From Acidobacteriota bacterium (GTDB taxonomy: Bacteria > Acidobacteriota > Blastocatellia > Pyrinomonadales > Pyrinomonadaceae), in the NCBI GenBank assembly GCA_046730735.1, contig JBKPJP010000225.1:1-32689 (forward strand): a DNA stretch of 32,689 bases. Reading direction: 5' to 3'. Numbering within the stretch: the first letter of the stretch is position 1; each line of letters starts with the position of its first letter. The notes beneath the pieces were generated by a model. It did no database searches. It was not told the origin of the DNA and saw only the letters and a program-made list of their open reading frames with translations. The translations under genes and the position numbers were made by a program. This document shows positions 1 to 8,753 of the stretch, one piece after another.

Positions 1-1
1 A

Positions 2-94
2 TATCTCCGTCTCGAACCCAACGGCCCGCTAGCGTCAGAGACACGTGCGTTGATCGAGAGAATCAACCACACTCAAAAAGCACAACTGAAATAA
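2..94 (+). CDS. Possible 3' end of an upstream CDS (partial, product unknown)
   Basis: Frame 2 is open from the window edge and reads YLRLEPNGPLASETRALIERINHTQKAQLK, ending at TAA 92-94. It is followed 17 nt later by a strong hairpin, in convergent arrangement with the minus-strand gene ending at 209. It is too short to identify. Confidence 0.3.
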   Translation, partial: YLRLEPNGPLASETRALIERINHTQKAQLK

Positions 95-111
95 AACCCA
101 CAACAGAAAAT

Positions 112-197
112 AGAACAAGTCAGGAAGAGGGGCTTGCCCCCGCTTCTGGACTAATTCATTAAGCAGCGGGGGCAAGCCCCTCTTCCTGACTTGTTCT
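112..197. repeat. Perfect 33-bp inverted repeat (family D) with a 20-nt loop; plausible bidirectional terminator
   Basis: AGAACAAGTCAGGAAGAGGGGCTTGCCCCCGCT at 112-144 is the exact reverse complement of 165-197. T-rich runs follow the stem in both transcription directions. It lies between two convergent gene ends. The same 33-mer recurs at 31254-31363. Confidence 0.8.
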
Positions 198-208
198 TTT
201 CTTGCAAC

Positions 209-1348
209 TCACTTTTGTTCTGTCTTCTTCGGTTTGGGTGGAGGACCAAAGTCGCCATACGCGATGAAGCCTGAGCGTGACGAATCATCTTTCTGTGCGG
301 TTCGGCCGGCCCACAGATCCTCGGTCGTTTCTTTCGCGGTCTTGATCGTCATCTCGTCGTTCTTGCCGCGCGTCGTGATCGTGATCTCGCCCTGCAAATC
401 CGTGCGGTAGAGTTTTACGTTCGCCGCCTTCAAACGATCGAGCACGGCCTGCGACGGATGTCCATAACGATTCCACGCGCCGCACGACACGATCGCCACC
501 TCCGGTTTCACTCGATCCAGAAAATCTTTTGACGACGCATACTTGGATCCGTGATGCGAAACTTTCAGCACTCTCGTCTGTAGGTCGAGGTCCTTCGTCA
601 ATAGACGATGCTCGGTTTGTTCTTCAGCATCGCCGGCCAACAACATCGAAAACGATCCGTAGTCCAAACGCGCAACGATCGAATTCGCGTTAGGCTCGTT
701 GCCGCCCGTCGACATCTTGTCTTTGGTAAACATCGGCTCGGAAGGCGCGAGAATAGTCAACAACGCGCCGCCGCCGAGATCCAGTTTCAAACCAGGTTTC
801 GCAGTCTCATATCGCGCACCGCTCGAACTGACTGCCGCTTTGTAATCGTCGTAGAACTGCGTCAGCGAAGTCGATTTCGTCGAGCGCCGGCCGGGCGTTG
901 GCTTCGGGGCTGGTTGCTTCTGTTTTGGCGTAGGCGTCGCTTGCGGCGCTACGCTCGGCGATTGGCCGTTATCAATAACATTAAGAACCTTGACTGCCTT
1001 GAAGACTTCAGCCGAACCGCCGATGTGATCGGGATGCGGATGCGTCGCGATGAAGTAGTCGAGCTGCTGAACATTGTTACGCTTGAGCCCCTCGACTACA
1101 GCCTTGCCTTTAGTCGTGTCTCCGGCATCGATGAGCACAGTCTTGCCCGCGGGCGACGAGATGAGAATCGAATCACCGTTGATTGGACCAACGTCAAGAA
1201 TACGAATGGTCAGTTCACCACCGGAAGCAGGCGGCGGCTGTGTGCGCCACCAGGGCAGGACATATTTCCAGCCGACAAAAGCGCCCGCAACGGCAACGGC
1301 CAGAAGAACTGCAATTGCACAACCACAGCCTCGAGTAGCTCGTCCCAA
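209..1348 (-). CDS. Membrane-anchored metallo-beta-lactamase-fold hydrolase (ComEC/Rec2 C-terminal-domain-like)
   Basis: 379-aa ORF with an N-terminal hydrophobic anchor (AIAVLLAVAVAGAFVGW), the MBL motif THPHPDHIGG and a later SHHGS motif. A Pro/Lys-rich linker is inserted (PTPKQKQPAPKPTP). The start is TTG, with GAGGG 8 nt upstream. Confidence 0.8.
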   Translation of the reverse strand: MGRATRGCGCAIAVLLAVAVAGAFVGWKYVLPWWRTQPPPASGGELTIRILDVGPINGDSILISSPAGKTVLIDAGDTTKGKAVVEGLKRNNVQQLDYFIATHPHPDHIGGSAEVFKAVKVLNVIDNGQSPSVAPQATPTPKQKQPAPKPTPGRRSTKSTSLTQFYDDYKAAVSSSGARYETAKPGLKLDLGGGALLTILAPSEPMFTKDKMSTGGNEPNANSIVARLDYGSFSMLLAGDAEEQTEHRLLTKDLDLQTRVLKVSHHGSKYASSKDFLDRVKPEVAIVSCGAWNRYGHPSQAVLDRLKAANVKLYRTDLQGEITITTRGKNDEMTIKTAKETTEDLWAGRTAQKDDSSRSGFIAYGDFGPPPKPKKTEQK

Positions 1349-1362
1349 TCAAAACCCTCGTC

Positions 1363-1989
1363 TTAGAATCTTTGGCGGAACCTTTGCGGCTGAGCGCCCG
1401 GAGGAACGTCGACCTGATTGGCCACGCGCAAAACGACGGGCACCACTGAATAGTCGCCTCGGGCATAAGCTTCGAACGCGTCCTTTGCTTTCACCACTTC
1501 CCAGATCGACTCGCGCGAGACGACCTGTTCCACCATCAGCGCCAGTCGCTCTTCATCTTTTGGTTTGAACTTAAGCGGTGTTTTGAAAATCACTGTCTTC
1601 TTGCCGTATGCGGGAATTGAGAAACCTTCCACTCTGTTCGCGATGAATTGAAGCTCATTCTTCGCGTTGATCGACACCAGCGAGTATCTGAGTCCGACCA
1701 TTTGGAGTTCGGTGCTGTTGCCGAGCGCGAGTTTCAACAGAAAGCCTTTGTCCGTTTTTGTGAGCGCCGCCTCGTTCACGCTCAGCGGCAGATCGAAGAC
1801 CTGGAAAACTTCGACCGCCAACTCTTCTGACTGCGCTGGAAGAGATTTCACGCAAAGGCGCAAAGGAGGACGCAAAGGCGCTGAGAAAGATTTAAATACC
1901 GCCTTTGCGTTTTCCTTTGCGTCTTTGCGTGAAATCTCTCCTGAGATCACAAAGACCATGAGCATCAATACTATAGCCTTGACTCGCAT
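1363..1989 (-). CDS. Hypothetical secreted protein with a repeat element in-frame after the signal peptide
   Basis: ATG at 1989 lies 1 nt after the purF stop. The N-terminus MRVKAIVLMLMVFVISG is signal-peptide-like. The remainder has no motif I recognise. The ORF is continuous through repeat copy 1846-1934. Confidence 0.6.
   Translation of the reverse strand: MRVKAIVLMLMVFVISGEISRKDAKENAKAVFKSFSAPLRPPLRLCVKSLPAQSEELAVEVFQVFDLPLSVNEAALTKTDKGFLLKLALGNSTELQMVGLRYSLVSINAKNELQFIANRVEGFSIPAYGKKTVIFKTPLKFKPKDEERLALMVEQVVSRESIWEVVKAKDAFEAYARGDYSVVPVVLRVANQVDVPPGAQPQRFRQRF
1846..1934. repeat. Family A palindromic element (built of CGCAAAG(G/A) octamers), copy 1, inside a CDS
   Basis: TTTCACGCAAAGGCGCAAAGGAGGACGCAAAGGCG ... 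CGCCTTTGCGTTTTCCTTTGCGTCTTTGCGTGAAA. The termini TTTCACGCAAAG / CTTTGCGTGAAA are shared with the copies at 18078, 19500 and 23294. Confidence 0.85.
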
Positions 1990-1990
1990 C

Positions 1991-3424
1991 TCAGCTTTCC
2001 GCAATTACCGATTCATGCTCGCGTTCCCACATCGTCTCCGCTTCACGCGTGATCCGCGTGGGATATTTACCGTTCCAACACGCAACACACGACTCATCCG
2101 CACTCATTCCCGTCGCCTCGATCATTCCCTCGAGCGACAAATACCCGAGCGAGTCAGCCTCGATGTATTTTTCGATCTCTTCGATACTCTTCTGCGCCGC
2201 GATCAGTTCTAACTTATCCGGCGTATCGACGCCGTAATAACACGGACTGAGCGTTGGTGGACAACTAATGCGCACGTGAACCTCTTTCGCACCAGCCTCA
2301 CGCACCATGCGCACGATCTTTTTCGACGTCGTGCCACGCACGATCGAGTCGTCGATTAAAACCACGCGTTTCCCGTTGATCAGATCGCGCACCGGATTGA
2401 GCTTGATGCGCACTCCAAACGAGCGGATCGATTGTCGCGGTTCGATGAACGTGCGACCAACGTAATGATTCCTCACCAGGCCAAAACGAAAACTCAAACC
2501 ACTCTCCGCCGAATAGCCAATCGCCGCCGCCACTCCCGAATCAGGTACCGGCACCACGATATCCGCATCCGCCGGCTGCTCAATCGCAAGCCTGCGGCCC
2601 ATCTTGTGTCGCGACTCGTTAATCGACTTGCCATAGATCAACGAATCCGGCCGCGCAAAGTAAACATGCTCGAACAGACACATCGAATGCTTCTGCGGCG
2701 GCAACGCCTGTGACGAACGTAGACCATCTCGATCGATCACGATCATCTCGCCCGGCTCGACGTCACGCACGTACTGCGCATCGATCAGATCAAAGGCACA
2801 CGTCTCTGACGCAACTACCCACGCGTCGCCTAAACGTCCGAGGGCGAGCGGGCGAAAGCCGCGCGGGTCGCGAATCGCGATCAGTTCGTTCGGCGTCAGA
2901 AAGAGCATCGAAAACGCGCCTTCAGTGTCACTCAAAACCTGCGGTATCGCTTCGCGCACGGGAAGACGCGAACGCGCCACACCATGAAGCACGACTTCGG
3001 TGTCTGATGTCGACGAAAAGATCGCGCCTTCGCGTTCGAGTCGTATTCGCTCTTCGCGTGCGAACGGAAGGTTTCCGTTGTGACAAACTGCGATCTGTCC
3101 GTGCTGGCAAGTGACGCAGAAAGGCTGCGCTTCGAGAATCGAGACTTCACCCGCCGTCGAATAGCGCACGTGTCCAATCGCACTCGAGCCAACGAGGCGA
3201 TCCATATGCGTTTGGTTGAACGCGTCGCGAACGTGACCCATTTCGCGCTCGAATCGCAATTCAGTACCGTCGGAAGCGACAATGCCGCACGATTCCTGCC
3301 CGCGATGCTGGAGCGCGTACAGGCCAAGGTACGTCATTCGCGACGCTTCAGAATGTCCGTAGATTCCGAAGACGCCACACTCTTCACGCAGTTTCGTGAT
3401 TTCGATCATGACGGCGCGCATCAT
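1991..3424 (-). CDS. purF: Amidophosphoribosyltransferase (glutamine PRPP amidotransferase), propeptide / [4Fe-4S] type
   Basis: Catalytic Cys in EECGVFGIYGH sits behind a short propeptide, as in B. subtilis PurF. PRPP loop is VVLIDDSIVRGTT. C-terminal Cys ligands are present (CPPTLSPCYYG, CVAC). Alternative start is the ATG at 3409. Confidence 0.95.
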   Translation of the reverse strand: MMRAVMIEITKLREECGVFGIYGHSEASRMTYLGLYALQHRGQESCGIVASDGTELRFEREMGHVRDAFNQTHMDRLVGSSAIGHVRYSTAGEVSILEAQPFCVTCQHGQIAVCHNGNLPFAREERIRLEREGAIFSSTSDTEVVLHGVARSRLPVREAIPQVLSDTEGAFSMLFLTPNELIAIRDPRGFRPLALGRLGDAWVVASETCAFDLIDAQYVRDVEPGEMIVIDRDGLRSSQALPPQKHSMCLFEHVYFARPDSLIYGKSINESRHKMGRRLAIEQPADADIVVPVPDSGVAAAIGYSAESGLSFRFGLVRNHYVGRTFIEPRQSIRSFGVRIKLNPVRDLINGKRVVLIDDSIVRGTTSKKIVRMVREAGAKEVHVRISCPPTLSPCYYGVDTPDKLELIAAQKSIEEIEKYIEADSLGYLSLEGMIEATGMSADESCVACWNGKYPTRITREAETMWEREHESVIAES

Positions 3425-3437
3425 AACAAAGTTTCGT

Positions 3438-3465
3438 CACAGATGAACGCGGATGGACGCAGATT
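3438..3465. repeat. Family B decamer-unit element (CAGATGAACG-type units), half-site
   Basis: CACAGATGAACGCGGATGGACGCAGATT has 10-nt periodicity. It matches 28295-28322 at 26 of 28 positions. It lies 13 nt upstream of the purF ATG at 3424. Confidence 0.7.
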
Positions 3466-3492
3466 GGAATCAGCGTTTATGATTGTCCGGAC

Positions 3493-3834
3493 ATGCGCGT
3501 ATATTCGTCAGGTTTAGTTATACTGATTTGCCTCTCCTTGTTTGCTAAAGCAGAGCCGCGGCCCAATTACGCGCGTCCCGCAGCGCAGGTATATCGACGC
3601 TACTGCGTCTCTTGTCACGGCATGGATGGGAAGTCAAAAACTTCAAAAGGCAAGTACAGTCACGCGCGCGATCTTACGGATGCAGAGTGGCAGGCTGATG
3701 TCAGCGACGAACGGATCTTCAACTCGATCACGAACGGCCGCAACGTGCGCGGCAACATGCCGCCGTTCGGACAGAAACTCAAGGAAGACGAAATCAATTC
3801 CCTGGTCACCTTTGTTCGCGGACTGAAAGGATAA
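3493..3834 (+). CDS. Monohaem class I c-type cytochrome, secreted
   Basis: Signal peptide MRVYSSGLVILICLSLFAKA, haem-binding CVSCH, and a distal Met candidate in GNMPPF. Confidence 0.8.
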   Translation: MRVYSSGLVILICLSLFAKAEPRPNYARPAAQVYRRYCVSCHGMDGKSKTSKGKYSHARDLTDAEWQADVSDERIFNSITNGRNVRGNMPPFGQKLKEDEINSLVTFVRGLKG

Positions 3835-3849
3835 CCGCAACCGCATTTC

Positions 3850-4353
3850 ATGTTTTCCAAAACTCCATTCCGCGGTCTGCTGATCCTCGCCCTGCAACTA
3901 ACTCTGATTGTCGTGCTGGTCGGCGCGGGATGGGTTATTTACCGGCAACTTCCCGATGGCGCTACCGAAGCACGTTTGAGCCAGGGAACAACGACACTGC
4001 AGATCTTCATTCGCCAGCCGCCCGAGGGTGCTGGACCAGCGCTGGACGTGTCGGTGAGTCTTTACCCCGTCGATATCATTGCCGTAAGACATGAGTTCTT
4101 CACCGAGCCACGCCCGGGCAAGCCTTTTGAAACGTTTCTCAAGGAACGCATGAAAGGTCGCTCGCCAATCAACGCGCGTCTGGATAAACAAGGACAGGGC
4201 TCCGTGACACTCGCCCCCGGTAGTTGGTGGCTGCACGCAACGCTCTCCGGTGACGAACAGCTCGAGTGGCGTTTACCGGTTACGGTCACTGGTGCGAAAC
4301 AGGTGATTGAGCTAACCCCGCAAAACGCCTACACGAGAAGCAAGACTTTTTAA
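3850..4353 (+). CDS. Hypothetical protein with an N-terminal membrane anchor
   Basis: 167-aa ORF beginning 15 nt after the cytochrome c stop. Contains the TM segment LLILALQLTLIVVLVGAGWVIY. The soluble part has no motif I recognise. Confidence 0.6.
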   Translation: MFSKTPFRGLLILALQLTLIVVLVGAGWVIYRQLPDGATEARLSQGTTTLQIFIRQPPEGAGPALDVSVSLYPVDIIAVRHEFFTEPRPGKPFETFLKERMKGRSPINARLDKQGQGSVTLAPGSWWLHATLSGDEQLEWRLPVTVTGAKQVIELTPQNAYTRSKTF

Positions 4354-4359
4354 ATTCCC

Positions 4360-5313
4360 GTGCTCGCCCTTCGCATCGAAAAAAAACGTCTGGCAGTCAG
4401 GAATGTCGTGAAGCCTGATCAACCCGACGAGGCACTCGTGCGCGTGTTGCTCTCAGGTATTTGCAACACCGATCTGGAGATTGCTCGTGGCTATGCAGGG
4501 TTCAATGGGACCATCGGTCACGAATTCGTCGGACTGGTTGAAGAAAGCAGCGATAGCAAGCTCGCCGGTCGTCGTGTTGTTGGTGAGATCAATGCCGGTT
4601 GCGGCAAGTGTGATCTATGTCGCAACGGTGATACGAGACATTGCGCATCACGCACTGTGCTCGGCATCGTCGGCCGCGATGGCGCGCATGCAGAATTTCT
4701 ACAACTGCCGACCGTCAACCTGTTGCCCGTGCCCGACAACATTCCCGACGAGCACGCAGTCTTCACGGAGCCACTCGCCGCTGCGTGCGGCATTCTCGAG
4801 CGCGTAAAGATCTCTGATTCGGATCGCGTCGCCGTCATTGGCGACGGCAAACTCGGATTACTGTGCGCACAAGTCGTCGCTCTCACCGGCGCATCTGTCC
4901 TTCTGATTGGAAAACACTCTTCCAAACTCCGCATCGCCGAACGTCGCGGCATCGAGACTGCGCGTCCCAAAGAGGCGACGAAACGAGGGCGACAGTTTGA
5001 CGTCGTGGTCGAAGCGTCAGGCTCCGCCAGTGGTTTCGATCTCGCACTCGGACTACTTCGTCCTCGTGGTCAACTAGTTTTGAAGTCGACTTTTCACGGG
5101 AAAACGGAACTCGAAGCATCGCGCATCGTGGTTGATGAGATTTCAATCGTCGGTTCGCGCTGCGGGCGTTTCAGTCCCGCGCTCGATCTGTTGGAGAAAG
5201 ATGCGATCGATGTCGATAGTCTCATCAGTGAAGAATATCCGCTCTCAAACGGTGTTCACGCGATGCGTCGCGCCGCCACGCGCGGCATTCTTAAAGTCCT
5301 TTTACGGCCATAG
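4360..5313 (+). CDS. Zn-dependent alcohol dehydrogenase family (MDR) oxidoreductase
   Basis: Catalytic Zn ligands GICNTD and GHEF. Structural Zn cluster CGKCDLCRNGDTRHC. Rossmann motif VIGDGKLG. GTG start 6 nt after the preceding stop. Confidence 0.85.
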   Translation: MLALRIEKKRLAVRNVVKPDQPDEALVRVLLSGICNTDLEIARGYAGFNGTIGHEFVGLVEESSDSKLAGRRVVGEINAGCGKCDLCRNGDTRHCASRTVLGIVGRDGAHAEFLQLPTVNLLPVPDNIPDEHAVFTEPLAAACGILERVKISDSDRVAVIGDGKLGLLCAQVVALTGASVLLIGKHSSKLRIAERRGIETARPKEATKRGRQFDVVVEASGSASGFDLALGLLRPRGQLVLKSTFHGKTELEASRIVVDEISIVGSRCGRFSPALDLLEKDAIDVDSLISEEYPLSNGVHAMRRAATRGILKVLLRP

Positions 5314-5317
5314 CTAT

Positions 5318-5397
5318 CTCTGCGGCCCTCTGCGGCCCTTTGCGTTCTCTGCGTTAAACTTCAATTTTCAACACAGAGACCGCAGAGGTACGCAGAG
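5318..5397. repeat. Family A variant palindromic element (CTCTGCG / CGCAGAG units)
   Basis: CTCTGCGGCCCTCTGCGGCCCTTTGCGTTCTCTGCGTT ... ACAGAGACCGCAGAGGTACGCAGAG is an imperfect palindrome. It starts 5 nt after the ADH stop. Confidence 0.65.
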
Positions 5398-5419
5398 AAC
5401 CGCCGAGCCCCGGTTTTTT
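5398..5419 (+). terminator. Weak candidate intrinsic terminator after the ADH gene
   Basis: AACCG-8 nt-CGGTT followed by a T run at 5414-5419, immediately after the larger palindromic element. The stem is only 5 bp. Confidence 0.25.
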
Positions 5420-5446
5420 GCTCCTCGCCAACCCTTTCGCTATACT
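5418..5446 (+). promoter_or_regulatory. Candidate sigma70-type promoter for the HtrA gene
   Basis: TTGCTC (5418-5423), a 17-nt spacer, then TATACT (5441-5446), about 30-50 nt upstream of the candidate starts. Confidence 0.35.
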
Positions 5447-5492
5447 CTATCCCTTTCCCTGGGCATCTCGGTTTATGGAGAAGGTGGTGAAT

Positions 5493-7088
5493 ATGTTTGA
5501 CGTTTCCCGAAACAGCACGGAACAGGAGCGGACAATTCTGCGAAAACTGCGCATCTGGATCGCGGCCTTGGCAGTGGCATGCCTCGTTGCCGGAATCGGC
5601 ATCGGCGCGATGCTGTCAGGCCGGACCGCCGTAGCGCAACCCGACATGCAGATCGCGCGCGCGCCTGAAGCGCTGTCGGCGTCATTTGCCGAGATTGCAC
5701 GGCGGGTGGAACCGGCCGTAGTCAACATCGAAACCACCCAGGTGCAAGTCGAGCTCAGCGATAAGGACGAAGACAAGGAAGATCAGGATTCCGGCAATCA
5801 GCTGCTGGACATGTTCCGTCGTCGCCAGCGGACTCCAAACCGCGGCATCGGCAGTGGGTTCATCGTGAGTCCTAAAGGCTACATCCTGACGAACTACCAC
5901 GTGATTCAGGACGCCGCGCGAATCACGGTCGGTCTGCAATCGGGCGAGAAGTATCGCGCCAATGTCGTCGGCTTCGATCCGGAAACTGACGTCGCCGTAC
6001 TCAAGATCGACCCCCCGAAGGATCTACCGACAGTAACACTCGGTGATTCCAACGCCGCCCAGGTTGGTGACTGGGTGCTGGCGATGGGTTCGCCGTTCGG
6101 ACTCGATCAAACTGTGACCGCCGGGATCATTTCGAAGAAAGAACGTGAGAGTCCGTTCTTCAACGTCTTCCAGCGTTTCCTGCAAACTGACGCTGCCATC
6201 AATCGTGGCAACAGTGGTGGACCACTCGTAAACATGCGCGGCGAAGTGATCGGCATGAACTCGCAGATCGCCACATCAACCGGCGACTACAACGGCATCG
6301 GCTTCGCACTGCCCGCCAACGAAACCAACTTCGTTTACAAACAACTCATCGCGCAAGGCAAAGTCAAACGCGGCTATCTCGGCATCACGCTCGAAACAGT
6401 GCACGATGAGTACGCAAAAGTTTTCAGCCTGTCAGAAGCGCGTGGCGCGATCATCACGCAGGTAGCGCCAACTGAAAATAATGAGCAGCCGGTTCCAGCC
6501 GCTAAAGCGGGACTGCAAGCAGGCGACATCATCGTCGAGTTTGAAAATGCCCCGGTCGCGAATGCACAGGATCTGATTCAACGCGTTGCCAGCACACCCG
6601 TCGGCCAGCAGGTCACGGTCGGTTTCCTGCGCGACGTAAATGGAAAAATCGATAAGAAAAACGTCAGCGTCGTCTTGAGTGAACGACCTGTGTCAGTGAC
6701 TGCGCGCGAGTGGGATGGACCACCCAAGCCGGCACCGAAAACCGCTGACCCGCGCGGCAATGCATTGCATCTCGGCATCACGCTCGCGGAGTTGACGCCG
6801 CAATTGATGTCTGACAAACACTTGAGCAACATTCAGGGCCTGTACGTCAAAGAGATCGATCCCAATGGACTGGTAGCGGAACTTCGTATTCCGCCGACCG
6901 GCGCAGCGGCATTGATCGAAGGCGACGTGGTCAATCGCATCAATCGTACGCCCGTCACGACGCTCGCTGATTTCACGCGCGTGTTGAATAGTCTCAAACC
7001 AGGCGATCCGGTAGTTCTCAACGTGACGAGGACCGATCCGAGAAGTACCCGGCAAGTGCCGCTGATCGTTCAGTTCACTTATCAATAA
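5493..7088 (+). CDS. HtrA/DegP-family periplasmic serine endoprotease with two PDZ domains
   Basis: Catalytic triad contexts TNYHVIQD, DVAVLKI and GNSGGPL, an N-terminal TM anchor, and two C-terminal PDZ-like regions. The ATG at 5493 is preceded by GGAGAAGGTGG. ATG 5475 is an alternative start. The TTG at 5418 in the ORF track overlaps the promoter and terminator signals and is rejected. Confidence 0.9.
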   Translation: MFDVSRNSTEQERTILRKLRIWIAALAVACLVAGIGIGAMLSGRTAVAQPDMQIARAPEALSASFAEIARRVEPAVVNIETTQVQVELSDKDEDKEDQDSGNQLLDMFRRRQRTPNRGIGSGFIVSPKGYILTNYHVIQDAARITVGLQSGEKYRANVVGFDPETDVAVLKIDPPKDLPTVTLGDSNAAQVGDWVLAMGSPFGLDQTVTAGIISKKERESPFFNVFQRFLQTDAAINRGNSGGPLVNMRGEVIGMNSQIATSTGDYNGIGFALPANETNFVYKQLIAQGKVKRGYLGITLETVHDEYAKVFSLSEARGAIITQVAPTENNEQPVPAAKAGLQAGDIIVEFENAPVANAQDLIQRVASTPVGQQVTVGFLRDVNGKIDKKNVSVVLSERPVSVTAREWDGPPKPAPKTADPRGNALHLGITLAELTPQLMSDKHLSNIQGLYVKEIDPNGLVAELRIPPTGAAALIEGDVVNRINRTPVTTLADFTRVLNSLKPGDPVVLNVTRTDPRSTRQVPLIVQFTYQ

Positions 7089-7096
7089 ATTCATTT

Positions 7097-7175
7097 CCGA
7101 TTGCCAATTGCCGATTGCCGATTTATGAGGCTTTCAAGAAATCAAATCGGCAATCGGCAATTAAAAATCGGCAAT
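7097..7175. repeat. Family C hairpin built of CGATTGC-type heptamers
   Basis: AATTGCCGATTGCCGATTT (7106-7124) pairs perfectly with AAATCGGCAATCGGCAATT (7144-7162), giving a 19-bp stem and 19-nt loop. Further heptamer units flank both arms. It fills the HtrA-ALDH intergenic gap. Confidence 0.8.
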
Positions 7176-7181
7176 ATCCTT

Positions 7182-8753
7182 ATGGCTCAGGCAAAAAAGG
7201 CAATCTCCAAAACCAGCGGCAAACTGGCGGCGCGCAATGCTGCACGCGCGGCAGTTAAGACCTATCACAACTACATCAATGGCGAGTGGGTCGACAGCCA
7301 GTCGGGCGAGATGTTTGAAAACATCAACCCGGCTGACAATCGCGACATCGTCGGGCGCTTTCCGCTCTCCAACAGCGACGACGTCAACGCGGCCGTGAAC
7401 GCCGCGCAGGGAGCTTTCGATCGCTGGCGTAATACGCCCGCTCCGAAACGCGCTGAAATACTGTTTCGTCTCGGTCAAATCCTGGTCGACAATAAGGACC
7501 AGTTCACCGCAGACATGACGCGCGAGATGGGCAAGGTTTTGAAGGAAGCCGGCGGCGACGTTCAGGAAGCAATCGATTGCACTTACTACACCGCGGGCGA
7601 AGGTCGACGCCTGCACGGGTTCACCACACCGGCCGAGATGCGCGACAAGTTTGCGATGTGCGTACGCCAGCCGGTTGGTCTGTGTGGTTTGATCACGCCG
7701 TGGAATTTTCCGATGGCGATCCCGTCCTGGAAACTTATTCCGGCACTCGTTTGCGGCAACACGGTCGTACTCAAACCCGCGGAAGACACGCCGCTCTCCA
7801 CCTACAATCTCGTGAAGGCCTGTGAAGAGGCGGGCATTCCTCCAGGCGTTGTGAATCTCGTCACCGGTTACGGTGAAACTGTCGGCGCGGCGATGACCAA
7901 CCATCCCGCGTTGCGCTTGATCTCGTTTACCGGATCGACTGAAACCGGTCGCATCGTCGCCTCAGCGTGCGCCGAGCGAAACGCGATCTGTTCGCTCGAG
8001 ATGGGCGGCAAGAACGCCATCATCGTGATGGACGATGCCGATATCGATTTAGCTGTTGAAGGCGCCATTTGGGGCGCCTTTGGTACGTCAGGGCAACGTT
8101 GCACTGCGTCGTCGCGCCTGATAGTACACAAGAAAGTTTATAAACAATTCGTGACGAAGCTCATCGAGCACGCGAAGGCACTGCGCGTCGGCAACGGCGC
8201 TGATCCGAAGACTGACGTTGGCCCAGTGATCAATAACGACGCCGTCGAGAAGATCATGAGTTACATCCGTATCGGGCGTAACGACGACGGTGCGACGCTC
8301 GCCTGCGGCGGCAAACGTCTCTCGCGCGGCGACTACGCGAATGGCTTTTTTATCGAGCCGACAGTTTTCACTGACGCGTCGCCTGACATGCGCATCTCGC
8401 AGGAAGAGATATTTGGACCAGTCACGACCGTCATTCCAACAAACTCACTCGAAGAGGCGGTTCAGATCGCGAATGGAGTCCGCTACGGACTATCGGCCGC
8501 CATCTACACTCAGAACGTAAATCGCGCCTTCAAAGCGATGAACGAGATGTACACCGGTATCTTCTACGTGAACGCTTCGACGATCGGCGCGGAAGTGCAC
8601 CTGCCGTTCGGCGGCACAAAAGCCACCGGCAACGGTCATCGCGAAGCCGGCACCCAGGTGCTCGATATCTTTTCCGAGTGGAAGTCGATCTATGTTGACT
8701 TCAGTGGCAAGCTCCAACGCGCGCAGATCGATCAAGTCGAGTCGCCTCAATGA
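7182..8753 (+). CDS. NAD(P)+-dependent aldehyde dehydrogenase family protein
   Basis: [15 protein letters not shown] (catalytic Glu), GQRCTASSR (catalytic Cys) and EEIFGPV. ATG at 7182. The longer ORF starting at 7101 would translate the hairpin repeat. Confidence 0.9.
   Translation: MAQAKKAISKTSGKLAARNAARAAVKTYHNYINGEWVDSQSGEMFENINPADNRDIVGRFPLSNSDDVNAAVNAAQGAFDRWRNTPAPKRAEILFRLGQILVDNKDQFTADMTREMGKVLKEAGGDVQEAIDCTYYTAGEGRRLHGFTTPAEMRDKFAMCVRQPVGLCGLITPWNFPMAIPSWKLIPALVCGNTVVLKPAEDTPLSTYNLVKACEEAGIPPGVVNLVTGYGETVGAAMTNHPALRLISFTGSTETGRIVASACAERNAICSLEMGGKNAIIVMDDADIDLAVEGAIWGAFGTSGQRCTASSRLIVHKKVYKQFVTKLIEHAKALRVGNGADPKTDVGPVINNDAVEKIMSYIRIGRNDDGATLACGGKRLSRGDYANGFFIEPTVFTDASPDMRISQEEIFGPVTTVIPTNSLEEAVQIANGVRYGLSAAIYTQNVNRAFKAMNEMYTGIFYVNASTIGAEVHLPFGGTKATGNGHREAGTQVLDIFSEWKSIYVDFSGKLQRAQIDQVESPQ

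Noticed and set aside
1-60. Possible tRNA or other small RNA fragment at the left edge (GGTTCGAGAC on the reverse strand resembles a T-loop).
   Set aside because: The flanking bases do not form a T-stem or acceptor stem. The region is better explained as the tail of a plus-strand CDS ending at 94.
608-1366. Long ORFs antisense to, or out of frame with, confident genes: 608-1366 (+), 7161-7904 (-), 12530-13393 (+), 20280-21149 (+), 20609-21229 (+), 21356-21988 (+), 29930-30778 (+) and many shorter ones.
   Set aside because: All lie entirely inside genes with clear family motifs. Their translations are Arg/Ser/Pro/Ala-rich and low in complexity, as expected for non-coding frames of moderately GC-rich DNA. 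None has a recognisable motif or start context.
5418-5492. N-terminal extensions in the ORF track: HtrA from TTG 5418, ALDH from 7101, dehydrogenase from 29691, methyltransferase from 20453, heparinase-like from TTG 27187, hypothetical from TTG 2004.
   Set aside because: The extensions translate repeat elements or promoter/terminator sequence, overlap the upstream gene, or start at a non-ATG codon when an ATG with better context (a ribosome-binding site or an ATGA/TGATG coupling) lies just downstream.
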